A DNA stretch of 64,000 nucleotides, taken from assembly GCA_028534125.1 (NCBI GenBank), contig CM052832.1, positions 14,138,001 to 14,202,000 of the forward strand. Direction: 5' to 3'. The DNA is from Lama glama (Eukaryota). The notes under the pieces were generated by a model, which worked only from the letters and a program-made list of their open reading frames with translations, was not told where the DNA came from and made no database searches. A program made the translations under genes and the position numbers. Below are positions 39,401-51,143 of the stretch, one piece after another (position 1 is the first letter of the stretch; the number at the start of each line of letters is the position of its first letter).

Positions 39401-42400
39401 TACTTTATCTTCCTCAGCCCTGAGCTAAGACTCCCGACCTCTCTCTTGGGTGCAGTTGGGACATCCATCACTAGAGGAGGAGGGGAGAGTAGTGCAGGAG
39501 TCGGGCGTGAGCACCTGCTCTAGCAGTCCAGCCGGGGGACCCAGGCATGTGAGTTTCCTCACTGCTGAGTGCTAATGGCGAGGCCTGTCCGCCTGCCTTC
39601 CTGGGGGTGGGGAGAGGCTTAGCAGGTGTTGCGCTCCGCACAGAGTCAGTGTAGAACCTCTTGAGGGTCAGAGGGGAAGCAAACTGTGCAGACTTCCTGC
39701 TGTTTCAGGGCTTGAAACTGTGCTTCACCCTCATGGGTCCCTGAAGGGAATCCAGAGGCCAAAGTCACAGCCGCATGGGGCGGGACAGGAACCAGCAAGT
39801 GCTGACACAGGTGTGTCAGATGCCACCATTTACTCCTTAGCCAGCTGGCCCTTGAGGGGCAGGATGCAGCCTCAAAAGGCGAAGGGACTGAGATTGGAGC
39901 GGTGAAGGCACTGGCGAGGGCCACAGCACCTAGTGGCACATCTGGGATTCTTGCCCTGGTTTGTGTGATCCTCAACACAAGAGGGCCCCTCACCTGCCAG
40001 CCTTTTTTTTTTTTTTTTTAAAAAAGGAAGTAATAACAACAACTAATTTATCTTAGCCTTTTAAAGAAGAGCAATGCATCTGCTTTTTAAGTCATGTCAT
40101 ACTGCTGGCTTGTTGAGAAAAACACATAAGGGCCTGCACATAGCATCTTACCACCATCCTTTCCACCCTTGATCCTACTCCTCTGAGTTAGCCCCACTGG
40201 TCCTTTGTGGATACCCTTCTAGTGCCTTCTATGGTACACAAGGATTTTTACATAATGGCATCCCCAAGCTGTCAGGAATTTATTTCCTGTCAGTATATAC
40301 AGAACTGCCTTAACATTTTTCATGACCGCAGAGCATTCCACCGCATGGCTCTACCACTGTTTACATGACCAATTTCCACAGATGGGTGCTTTCCCATTTT
40401 TTGCTATTATGAGGAGTGCTGCAGTAAATAAGTGTGGAAATCTGTGTGCACGCTGAGCGAGTGTTTACACTGGATGCACTCCAAAGAGAGGAACTGCAGG
40501 GCCAAAGGAATGCACACTAGAATGTACTGGCCTGCACTGCCAAGAGGCCCGTCCACCCTCACGGGCTGGAGGACGATGTCCTCACCTTTTGGCCAACACA
40601 GTCCTCTCTGCCAAACTGACAGGCTAAATGATGTCTCACCTGAAGATTGCCCCTACGATTGTTGAGTAAACTGAAAAATATTTCATGTCTTCTGACCATC
40701 TGTATTTGTCCTACCATGAATCTCCTGCTTCTATTTTTCTGCTGGGTGGCCTGTCTTGTGGAATTTGTGGGAACTTTTTATACACTATGGCTATCACACA
40801 GTGATCACATTAAATACCTCTCTCCTGTTTCAACTGCTAAATAAGGAAGGCTCTCTACTGCCAATTCATTGATTTATTGATAAACAGAATCTAGTAAACA
40901 CCACATCATACACAGCACTGGGAAACTGGCTGGGCAAATTCTACCCCAGATAACTCCATGTGTGCTAGTCTAAATCCTACCAACGAGGCTCCCGAGATGC
41001 TATCACCATGCCTACTCTGCCCTACCTGAGCACCCAGGCACCACACTCTGGGCTGCATGTGAACAGCAGTATCACCGGGGGATATGGTCCCCACGAGGAG
41101 GTGTGTAGGAAAGCCCAGGACAGGACATTCCACTGTAGGTGCCTTCTGTGTGCCTGGGCCCAGATGTGGGGACGGGGTGAACCAGGGCAGGCAGTGAGGC
41201 CACGAACCTCGTGGCGCTCTCTTCCCTTTTCACTCTCCCTTGGTGTCCTTAGTGACATCTCTTGCTCATTCTTAGCCCCTAGTGTCTTCCCTCTGCTTCC
41301 TAACCCTCCTCACCTGTCTTAAGTGTGTGATGTTAGCACTCAGTGATGGATGGCTGCTGGTCAGTCACTCCTCTCTTCTGAGAAAGGCTGGGTTTGCAAA
41401 GCCACCCCAGCCACCAACCAACCAACAGGGAATAAAAAAACAGGTTACCCTGGGGGATGGGGGATACCTTCCCTTGGGCCCTGTAATCACACCAAGTCTG
41501 CTTTGGTCATTCCTGGGTGTCTGGGTGGGATAAAAGGGTCTGGGTGATGGCCCTCCCCTTGCCCTACCCCACTGTATGCCCCGAAGAGGAAGAACCTCTG
41601 CAAAATCCCAGGACCTTACAATGCAGATCCAAAGCAGCGTGGCTCAAGGACTCAGGCCTCTCTTAGCTGCAGGCTCATGCGGAGCCTGTCCTACCGCAGC
41701 AGCCCCTGCCCTGTCCACCTCCTTGACCCCGTTCACCTCCTTCTCCCCACACAGACACAGGGGTCCAGAGCTCCTCTCTGTGGAGCAGGCCCACTTGTGG
41801 CCAGGATTTCCTTCAGGTGAAATCAGCAGAAAGATCACGATGCCCCCTCCTGGCAGCACATCCTCTAATGATCCTAAGTACCCTCTGAGAGAAGACAGCA
41901 AGGATCAGCCGAATGTGCTGGTACTTGGTGGAGGGAGTGAGAGAGAAGCTGGGGAGATGGGACGGGGAGCAGGGATGGGGAGCAGGGAAGGGGCGGCAGC
42001 AGGGAGAGCCAGGGGCTGAGAGGTGGATTCTGGGTGCCCTTGATGGTGGACATAACATGATGCTGATGCTGATGCTGATGACAGAACAGTACAAGGAACC
42101 AGAGAGAAACATCTACATGGCTGCTGATCGTAGATAAGGGGGAACAAGTGAGACAAGAGAAGCTGAAAACTGTCTGATTGCACGAAAGTATTATTAATTC
42201 CAGTCATTCTCACTAACAGCTTAGCATTTATGCCTAATTACAATGCAGTGTGATGATGTATGTAATCAGTACCGAATCAACTGAGTTGTGTGTTCTGACT
42301 AATCATAACAGTCTCAGGTAGAGGTGATCTTTCGTGTGTTAATGCAGACTTGTCCCGATCTCTAGTGGTAGCAGTGGTGGAATAATGATGATGACGACAC

Positions 42401-42820
42401 ACATCACAAATGCCAACTCATTTAGTTCTCACCAAAGCCCCTGTGCACGTGCCCTATAATCCCCGTCTGTTTTACAGGAAGAAGGGGTACAACTTGCTCA
42501 AGATCTGCCAGCTGATGAGCAACAGGGCAGGGGTGTGACCCCAGGCTGTCTGGTCCAGTCCTTAACCAGCCTGCTCCTCTGCACCCCCCATCTGCACCAC
42601 CATGGTGATGCTGTTGCCAAGGCTAGATTCCCGGTCTCCTCACCCCGTCTGTGCCCCCTCTGCCTCTGTCCCCTGCCTGCCCCTTCTCACCTGTGCAGCT
42701 GCTGGAAGGGAGTGAGTGCTCTGGTCCCCCATTGAGCTCTGGGGCTCCTTCTGCCTCTGCCACTTCCTTTTTCTCCTCCTCTTCCCGGACCTCAGGGGCT
42801 TCCTCCGGTGGCTGCTCCAT
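30180..42820 (-). CDS. PPARD: Peroxisome proliferator-activated receptor delta, 6 coding exons, 1326 nt, 441 aa
   Basis: Exons 42691-42820, 34060-34214, 33222-33360, 31821-32023, 31201-31651, 30180-30427; [20 protein letters not shown]..., C4 zinc fingers [30 protein letters not shown] ending [12 protein letters not shown]. Confidence 0.99.
31201..31651 (-). CDS. PPARD: PPARD LBD exon
   Basis: 451 nt; [22 protein letters not shown]...FIAAIILCG|gtaagt. Confidence 0.97.
31821..32023 (-). CDS. PPARD: PPARD hinge exon
   Basis: 203 nt; [18 protein letters not shown]...KASHTA|gtgagt. Confidence 0.97.
33222..33360 (-). CDS. PPARD: PPARD zinc finger 2 exon
   Basis: 139 nt; [46 protein letters not shown]. 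Confidence 0.97.
34060..34214 (-). CDS. PPARD: PPARD zinc finger 1 exon
   Basis: 155 nt; [51 protein letters not shown]. Confidence 0.97.
36645..36730. repeat. Two-copy tandem duplication, period 45 bp
   Basis: tggcccgggttcaagttggtgtcctagg(t/c)tgaaaacccagc at 36645-36685 and 36690-36730, one mismatch. Confidence 0.9.
38352..38780 (+). mobile_element. ERVL solo LTR (MLT2-like)
   Basis: Starts tgatggttcattttctgtcaacttggccagg; contains tttggtcaaacaccagtcta and tgtgagccaattccttacaataaatctctct; family from recall. Confidence 0.7.
42691..42820 (-). CDS. PPARD: PPARD first coding exon (exon starts at 42921, 101 nt of 5' UTR)
   Basis: tttgcccag| at 42921; cagcc[47 protein letters not shown]|gtgaga. 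Confidence 0.97.
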
Positions 42821-42946
42821 GGCTGATTTCCCCTCGGCGCCACGCCTGCAGGCCCGGTCATAGCTCTGGCATCATCTGGGTCTGAACGCAGATGGACCTC
42901 TACAGGGCAGTTCCTGTCAACCTGGGCAAAGAGGAAGACAGGAAGA

Positions 42947-43446
42947 NNNNNNNNNNNNNNNNNNNNNNNNNNNNNNNNNNNNNNNNNNNNNNNNNNNNNN
43001 NNNNNNNNNNNNNNNNNNNNNNNNNNNNNNNNNNNNNNNNNNNNNNNNNNNNNNNNNNNNNNNNNNNNNNNNNNNNNNNNNNNNNNNNNNNNNNNNNNNN
43101 NNNNNNNNNNNNNNNNNNNNNNNNNNNNNNNNNNNNNNNNNNNNNNNNNNNNNNNNNNNNNNNNNNNNNNNNNNNNNNNNNNNNNNNNNNNNNNNNNNNN
43201 NNNNNNNNNNNNNNNNNNNNNNNNNNNNNNNNNNNNNNNNNNNNNNNNNNNNNNNNNNNNNNNNNNNNNNNNNNNNNNNNNNNNNNNNNNNNNNNNNNNN
43301 NNNNNNNNNNNNNNNNNNNNNNNNNNNNNNNNNNNNNNNNNNNNNNNNNNNNNNNNNNNNNNNNNNNNNNNNNNNNNNNNNNNNNNNNNNNNNNNNNNNN
43401 NNNNNNNNNNNNNNNNNNNNNNNNNNNNNNNNNNNNNNNNNNNNNN
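42947..43446. other. Assembly gap (500 N)
   Basis: Run of N. Confidence 1.
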
Positions 43447-46400
43447 GGTTCAAACCCCAGCTCTGGCCCTCCCTCTCTGTGACTTGGGGGAGACACCAAC
43501 CTCTCAGTTTCTCAGCCCTAAAACTGGGATACTACCACCTACCCTGAGCAGATGTCATGAGGGTGAAATAACCACACAGTAAATGCTTAACAGTGCAGAG
43601 TATACAGTAAACGTCCAACAGAGACTGTGGCTGCTGCTGTATCTTCACTGCTGGACCGTCTTAGGGGATTACCTGGAGAAAGGTGGTATTCCAGGTCTAG
43701 AACTGTCCTGGCCTACTGGAATTCCAGGGACCCAAACCCAGAATTTCCCAATTCCCTGAGTACAATCAGCTGGGTGAGAAGAGAGAACTGACAGGGTGTT
43801 CCCTGCTCTGGGCCGGTGCTTCTTTCAGAGAGATGGGCCCGAACCCTTCTCTACTCCCCCTGTCTCTCACCCCCCCTCAGATGACCCAGCTGCAGTCATT
43901 TCCTCCTTCCTTCCCAGCAGGGGGATGAGGAACAGCAGCCTCTGGATAAAGGGAAGAGGCTGCATCTCCCTGGCAAGTGCCTGCAGGATCAGCAGTGAGA
44001 GAGGCCACGGGAGAAGGGGCTGGCTGATTCCCCCCAAAACTTCCCTATCAATCATTAATCCCATTCTGACTCAGTGCCCTGGTTTTCCACACCAGCAACT
44101 CCACGGTGCGCTCGGATCCTCATTTGTCAATTCAGATCACCCTACTCCCCTCGGGGCACAAGAGGCCTGTGTGGCCTTGGAATGGACTCACCTCAGCAAG
44201 TCACCAGAGGCCAACTCCCAGGAGTGGACTGGGGGCTGATTTTGTTCAGAGAGCATGTGAACCAGAGAAAAGCCAGCCAGGAGGCCACTCCACCCCTCAC
44301 ATTCTAGAATTCTTCCAGTTCCATGGAGAATCAGCCCCTCAGCCCTGTGGAGTGGAGCTAAGCTGAACTAAAAGGAAAAGCTGGCCTCAGTGAACTCCTG
44401 AGAATGTGCCCAGAGAAGAGATCAGAGTGGAAGGAGGGCTCTGCACCCTCCGGGACATCAGTCAGCCCTTTAAAGTTCACCAAGGGCCTTCACGTACATA
44501 ACCTCATTTAATCCACCCAGTGAGAGGAGCTCTCGAACACAGCAGGCTATCTTGCCTCAGGGCCTTTGTAGCTGTTCCCTTCAGTTGAAAACAGCTTGCT
44601 GCCTCACCTCCTCAGGGCTTTGTTCACATGTCACAACCTGATCACCCTATTTAAAACCACCCCGGCCCACCCTTCAGTACTTCCATGTTGCTTTCCTGCT
44701 TCAGTTTTCTCCGTGGCTCTTACTGCTACCTGGGATATGAGTACATATGTGTGAACACACATGTACATTATGTACCTATGCACATGTACATGTATTTTTA
44801 AAAAACTCATTTGTTTACTGTTTGTCTCTCCCCAAAAGGATATAAACTCCAGAGGGCAGAGATTTTCATCTGTTAGAATCACACTGACCCTCAAGTCTTA
44901 GGGAGGAGTGACTGGCAAACAGTAACTTAAATCTTGCTGAATAAATGAGTAACTTTTTACAACTGGAAAAAAGTTTCATTCCCAGACCAGCCTGAAGCAC
45001 GCAGCCTGGGTTTCGGTATTCCAGGGGCATCAAAGCCTGCTCTCTGGACCATTCCAGTCAAAAGAGGAGCTTATCAGGATTAGATCAATTGGCAGAAATG
45101 GTGTGGAGGGGAAAACTTGGAGTCCAGAAGCAGCTGGCTGAGGGGGCCCAGCTGTGGCAGGGCTGGCTCTTTTGCTCTTTCTGCTAGGTGACCTTTGGGT
45201 AGGTGGTTCATTCTTCTTGGCTTAATTTTCCCTGGGGGGAGGGAGTGTGACGTGTGTCAACCCCCTCTGACTCTAAAATCCTTGTAGGGAGCAGGCCCCG
45301 AGAATAGAATCCAGTGGAAGGAGGCCCAGGCTCCAGACTCACAGGCCTCAGCTCCTCTCAGGGCCAGGGTGGGGAAGTGGTGACAAATCCTCAAGAGGCT
45401 TTAAAGTGTTTACACTTTACTCCTTCAGCCCAGGAGGAAGATAAGACTAGTACCTGTACCCACCACGGGAAAGGCTGTACACAAACAGGGGAAGGGAGGA
45501 GGGTGGCTGAGTCCTCAGGAGGAGGAAATGGCCTCTTGCTGGAGGCCTCAGGGAAGGGTCAAGGCTGAGGAATGCTGGGTCATCCAGAAATGATCTTAAA
45601 GTAAAATTCGCTCATTAGAGAAAACACTTAAGGGTTCAGAGAAGAAAATAAAATCAAGGAGTGGGCAGATGACTTTTGTTTACACACACTGAGGGGTAGG
45701 GTGTTCTAGGCAGGGGAAATGCAGGATCCGAGGCCCAGGAGTGGGACACAGCAGACCAGGGTGGGGTGGCGGGAACCAGAAAAGGCCTGCAGGGTGGGAG
45801 TGCTCACCCACTCCACAGTACTGCTTCTCGCTTCCACTCCCGAACCCCTCTCCTGCTAAACAGTCTCCCGTATCCTGGCGAGTAGACCCTCCCTCCAACT
45901 AACTTCCATTCCTGGTCCTGTCCTGCCCGATCTCTCGGCCTGCACCTTCCTCCTCCCCAAAGCCATCTTCTCCAGGCGAAGCCTCTCCAGTACTGCAATG
46001 TTTGTCATTAACTGGTTTATCACGTCCTCTCTGGCGGTGGCTCCTGAAAACCCAGTAAGCATGCTAAGTGCTGGAAGGGCAACACTTTAAATCTCAGAAG
46101 CAATCATGGTCCTTCTTGCTTTTCTCCTAAGTCAATGAGGCGCCAAGTGTCACGAGATGTTCTCTTCTAGGCGTTTATTAACCTTTGGATGAGACAATTC
46201 AACAAATTTTAGCAGCTGCCCAGGCCCTGCTGAAATCCAGACCCTGGCGTGACTCCTCTCTATCTGGAAACGAGAAGGTGGTGGGATACAGTGGAGAGAG
46301 CATCAGTGCTGGACTGCATGACAGGATACTCCCAACTCTGTCTTCACTATGCTATGTACCTCTGGGCAGCCTCCTGACCTCTCTGTGGCTCAGTCTTCCC

Positions 46401-49400
46401 ATCTGGGAAAGATGGGAAGATGGGACTTTCATCCATATGCCTTCCCTAATAAAGGCAGCTAGGCTGGGACGAGATACAACATATAAAAAACACTTGTATT
46501 ATATAATTTACATGCCAAAATGCTAATGATGGTTATCCCCTGGGGTAATTTTTATTTCTTCTTATGGCTTATCTGATTTTTCTAAATTTCTTATAATGAA
46601 TATGTGCTGTGTTTAGTAAGCAAAATAAAGGTTTTAAAAGCAGGATACAAACATGAGATATCATTATTTTAGAGAGTAGCAAGGTGAAGCAGGAAAAGCT
46701 GAAGAAGTCTATCTCTAGACACAACATTCTGGCACATGCACATCATGGAATTCTCTGCCAACCCTGCAGGTGGCACAGATGTGGTGCCCCGGCAGGATGG
46801 CTGGACAGCTGGACACATGGCTGGGAGGACACAGCGAGTGGCTGAACTGCACGTCTGCCTCACGCCCCTTTTATCTGACTATGACACAGAGCTGACACAT
46901 GCCTGCCCGACAACATACACAGCTATGAAGGGAAAACAGTCGGGAATGAGAGGAAAGGAGGAGTGAGATGGTGCAAGATTAATAGTTTTTACACGATGGT
47001 AGTTGTAACTGTTTTTAAAACAAGCATCAGTGCATTTTGTAATGAAGCTGAGTAGAAGTGCCAGGAGTCTCCTTCCAAACCTTCCTGCTTTCCTGCTGGC
47101 ATGTGAGTGAAACCAGCTCAGGAGCTAAGGGCGAACACTGACAGCAGGGAGAGAAGCTCGCCTGGTCTGGTGGTGGATATCAAAGTTTCTGTGTTGTTTT
47201 TTATTCTCCTTTCCTTTTCAAGTGCACACTGTATGGTTGCTTTCTAGGGTTCCAGATAAGGGCCTAGTTAACAAATATTTGGAAAGCGCAGAGTCTGCCA
47301 AAGAGGAAAAGGAGAACCAGAGTTGAGGGAGTGAAAGGACAAGAAAACCCAAGAATATTCAAATCTCAGGGACAGACTTTTTAAACATCAAAGCACCTTG
47401 GAGAGTCAGAGAATTGGCCCATACCCTCACCTTCTAATTCTCCTATCATCCTGACAGCAGCTTCTGGATTTGACACCTGCATGACAGCCTGCAAGAGCTC
47501 TCAGGAAGAAAGCCGGTCAAAAACAACTGCAGTCTCCCTCCTCAGGACTAAGAGCCAGGAGGAGGAGTGTGCGGGACGAGATGGAGAAATGCCAGCACTG
47601 AGTGACTGAGTAACACTTGGGGAACTCGTTCAGAGAGCGGAAGGCCTCACACGTCGGGTCATGTCAGGCTCCCAGCAAGGATTTCAGCCTCATCTGGCAG
47701 GAGGCTAGAATGGGCTTCCTCAAAAGAATCAAAGCACTGCTGCTGTTCCCTGAGGGTCACAATCAGTGCAGATGGGGACTCTGTAAACACTGCTTTCCCT
47801 CTTGGGGGGGGGTCCTCTCTGCCCCTGCCCATCTGGCGCCAGGGCCCTGGGGGTCTCTCCGAGAGGCAGGGCCCCGAGGAGGCTACAACCCAGGGGCAGA
47901 ACCTCTGAGAATTCCCGTCAGGGCCCACACAGCACAGCCTGCTCTTGGTCAGGCCACTTTGGCCCTGGTCCTGAATTCAGTCCCTTCCCTGGGGGCCTCT
48001 TGAGGACGAACAGCGCAGGAAGAAGCGGCTGGAACTTGGGCAGGCTGACTCTCCCGGCCCCTCAGCCCTACAGCAACAGGAAAACGTGGCTTTGACAAAC
48101 CACATCCGGATCGAGCTGGAGCCACTGTTTTCCTCAAAACAACTGCTCCCGGGAAGGACACAAGGGAAGCAGGAGGACAGACACTACTCACGGCTGCTCA
48201 GGAGCCACTGACTGTGAATGAGGCCGGCAGGAGCGGTCCTGGAGTCACCACCACGGCCCTCCTCTCCAGCTGCCTCCTCCAGACCTTCACCCAAATCCTC
48301 GCTCAGGCAACCAGAGTAAGTGGGCGGTGTCTCCCCACCCACGGTGACCTGCTGAGCCAGGCTCTGCACACCTTTCCCGGATTAACACTTCCTGTTTCCC
48401 TCCCTCCCTCCAGGAACCCAGGCAGATGGGGGCAGTGCCTGTCCCCATTTGCCTGGACCGCCCTGAGGCTTCACAGGCCAATCTGGGGATCCTGGGCACC
48501 GACCCTAACCTGGGCCAAGGCCAGGGATGTGTGGCTGGCACTTCCCTGTCTGGGCAGGCGGGGCTGGACCTGCACGAGCAGCTCACCTCTGTAACCCCGC
48601 ACGGCCTTTATTCTAAGGATGGCTGAGGAGTGCCCAGCAGCCTGCCTACCAGCCTGCCCTGGCGCCCGGGCTTCCTAAAGGGTAGCCTGCCACGTGCGGG
48701 AGAGGAACCCCCTCTTGCCTTGCACCTCAGATCCTATGAGGGGGGTGTTGTCTGCATGCTTCTGAGCACCAGTGCCTGGTGTCACCTGAAGGATGACCAG
48801 CCACCTTAAAGGAGGCGGACCAGCACTAGGGCAAGGGCAGTGCTCTGGCTCAAACAGAACTGGGTTTGAATCCCAGCTCTGCCACTCACTAGCTGATTGG
48901 CCTTGGGCAAACTGCTTCACTTCTCTGAGTAACAATTTCTTTATATGTACAAGAGCTCAGCCCAGGGAGAGGACACAACTTGTCTACAGTCACCTAGAGA
49001 GATGGCTGTAGAGCTCAGTCCAAAATCCTGGTTTCCTGGCTCCCAAGGCTTGTTTGACCACACCAAGATGTTTCCCAATAGCAGGTACAACTGATAGAGA
49101 GTCTCTTTTCCAAAATGGCTGTCAGCTATTCCCAAACATCAGTGAAAAGTTCCAAAGTTCTCTGCCTTAAAACAAAAGTAGCCTTCATAGACACCAAGTT
49201 TACCAGCTGACTGAAGTCAATCAGCATCACATTTAACAGGCATCATCATGCCTCCTGGCATGAATTAACAGGAAGCATTCATCACCTGTGTGGGTTCCCA
49301 TAGGTTCAAAGATGTTAACCCAAACCTAACTGCAAGGAAACAATCAGAAAAATATGAAACATGGTCCATCTATGACATAATGTTAAGCAAATGTGACACT

Positions 49401-51023
49401 GTTAACAATTGGTGATCCTTGGTGAAGGAAATAACTGTTCACTGTACTTTCAACTCTTCTGTTGCTTTGACCTTTTTTAAGATAAAAAATAGAGAGGAAA
49501 AGGTTATTCTGCTTTCAGCTTATCCCATGGCTCTGAGCCAACAAAGACTCAGTTGTACCAAGTTCAGTTCTCTCCCCAGTGTCCAGACTAAAAATCCAAG
49601 CTTCTGTGCATGTTGGTCAAGGCTTGGCACAACAGGGATCTCATAGAGTTTTCTAAGCTCTTCTTCCACAAACCTCCATAAGCCTCTACAACCCAAATCA
49701 TTTTCACCAGCTAACAATGTTTACACACTGCTTCCAAACAGCCATCGGCTAGAAACCCATTTGTTCAGACAGCAACTTTCATGGAGCCCCCAACTTGGGT
49801 CAGGTGCCAAGTGGGGTCCCAGAGATACTGTGATGGATGAGCAGCTGCCCTGTGGAGCTTACCTGCCAGGGAACCTGACAACACCTTGTTTTCATCAAGT
49901 CCTATCTAGTGACATCTTTCGACTAGTATTTCTATGCAAGACTTCCCTCCCAACATTTTTTTTGGGAAATTTATGTTTTACTGAATCCCCAAACCTGAGA
50001 AACATCAACTGAGAAACTGGTAAAAGGTATTATAATCCTTAGTGAGAATTAAAGCTTAACAATCAAGCTAGAGATGTTACTGGTTCTAAGGATTCTACTA
50101 GCTTAAGTCAAATCAAGAGTAAGAGACTAATATGCAGAGTTGAAGGTTAAAGCTAACATCTCTGAGAACCAGGACAGGAGTACACAGGAGAGAAGTGGTT
50201 ACAATTCTAATTGAAGCCACTGCCATGTTCTAAGTGCGTGTTCATGGCCTTTTCTGCTAACAGAGTCATTCTTGTAAATATATATCAATATATTTATTTA
50301 CAGAATATACACAAATCCTCCCAGTGGTATTCTAAGGAATAAGTTTGGAAGCAAAGTAAGTCCTTAAATTGGCACTTAGACACGTGATTCTGTTTGGTGC
50401 TGTTAACTTTGTTAGGAAATCCAACTGTCAGGTTATTAAAATACCACCCAATAATGTTCACTGGCATTTTCTAGCATTTGATATTAGCTACAGGAGAAAT
50501 ACAAAGAAAAGATGTGAGTATGTGGAATTCTAGGACACAAAATCAGAAACTGATCTAAAATCTGAGTTAGTAAAAGCAATATTGATTAGTAAAAGCAACA
50601 GCTAAACCAAAACTGGGATAAGCAAAGTGTTTTCATCACTTAAAAAAGAAATGATACCGACACTACTGATATATGCAACAACTATGGATGAAGAAGTTCA
50701 ATATATTACACTAAGCATGAAAGACTCAAAAGGCTGCACAGTTTGTGATTCCATCTATATGACATTCTGGAAAAGGCAAAACTACAGGAAGAGAGAACTG
50801 ATCGGGGTTAATGATATGGGGAGGTTTGACTACAAAGGAGCAGCACAAGGGAATTTCATCATTTTTAGGGGGTGACGGCACAGTTCTTTATCTGGATTAT
50901 TGCAGTGGTTAATTACTATGAATTTGCCAAAGCTCACAGAACGGCACACCAAAAACGGTGAATTTTAGTGTCTGGAAATTTTAAAATAAAAATTTTTAAT
51001 TTCAGTTAAAGAATAACTTTTAA

Positions 51024-51143
51024 GGGGGGAAGGTTACAGCTCCGTGGTAGAGTGCCTACTTAGCATGCACAAGATCCTGGGTTCAATCTCCAGTACCTCC
51101 ATTAAAATAAATAAATAAATAATAACCTAATTACTCCCCCCAA
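51024..51143 (+). mobile_element. tRNA-derived SINE (Vic-1-like) with perfect TSD
   Basis: 16-bp TSD aaagaataacttttaa at 51008-51023 and 51144-51159; A/B boxes; (AAAT)n tail. Confidence 0.9.
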
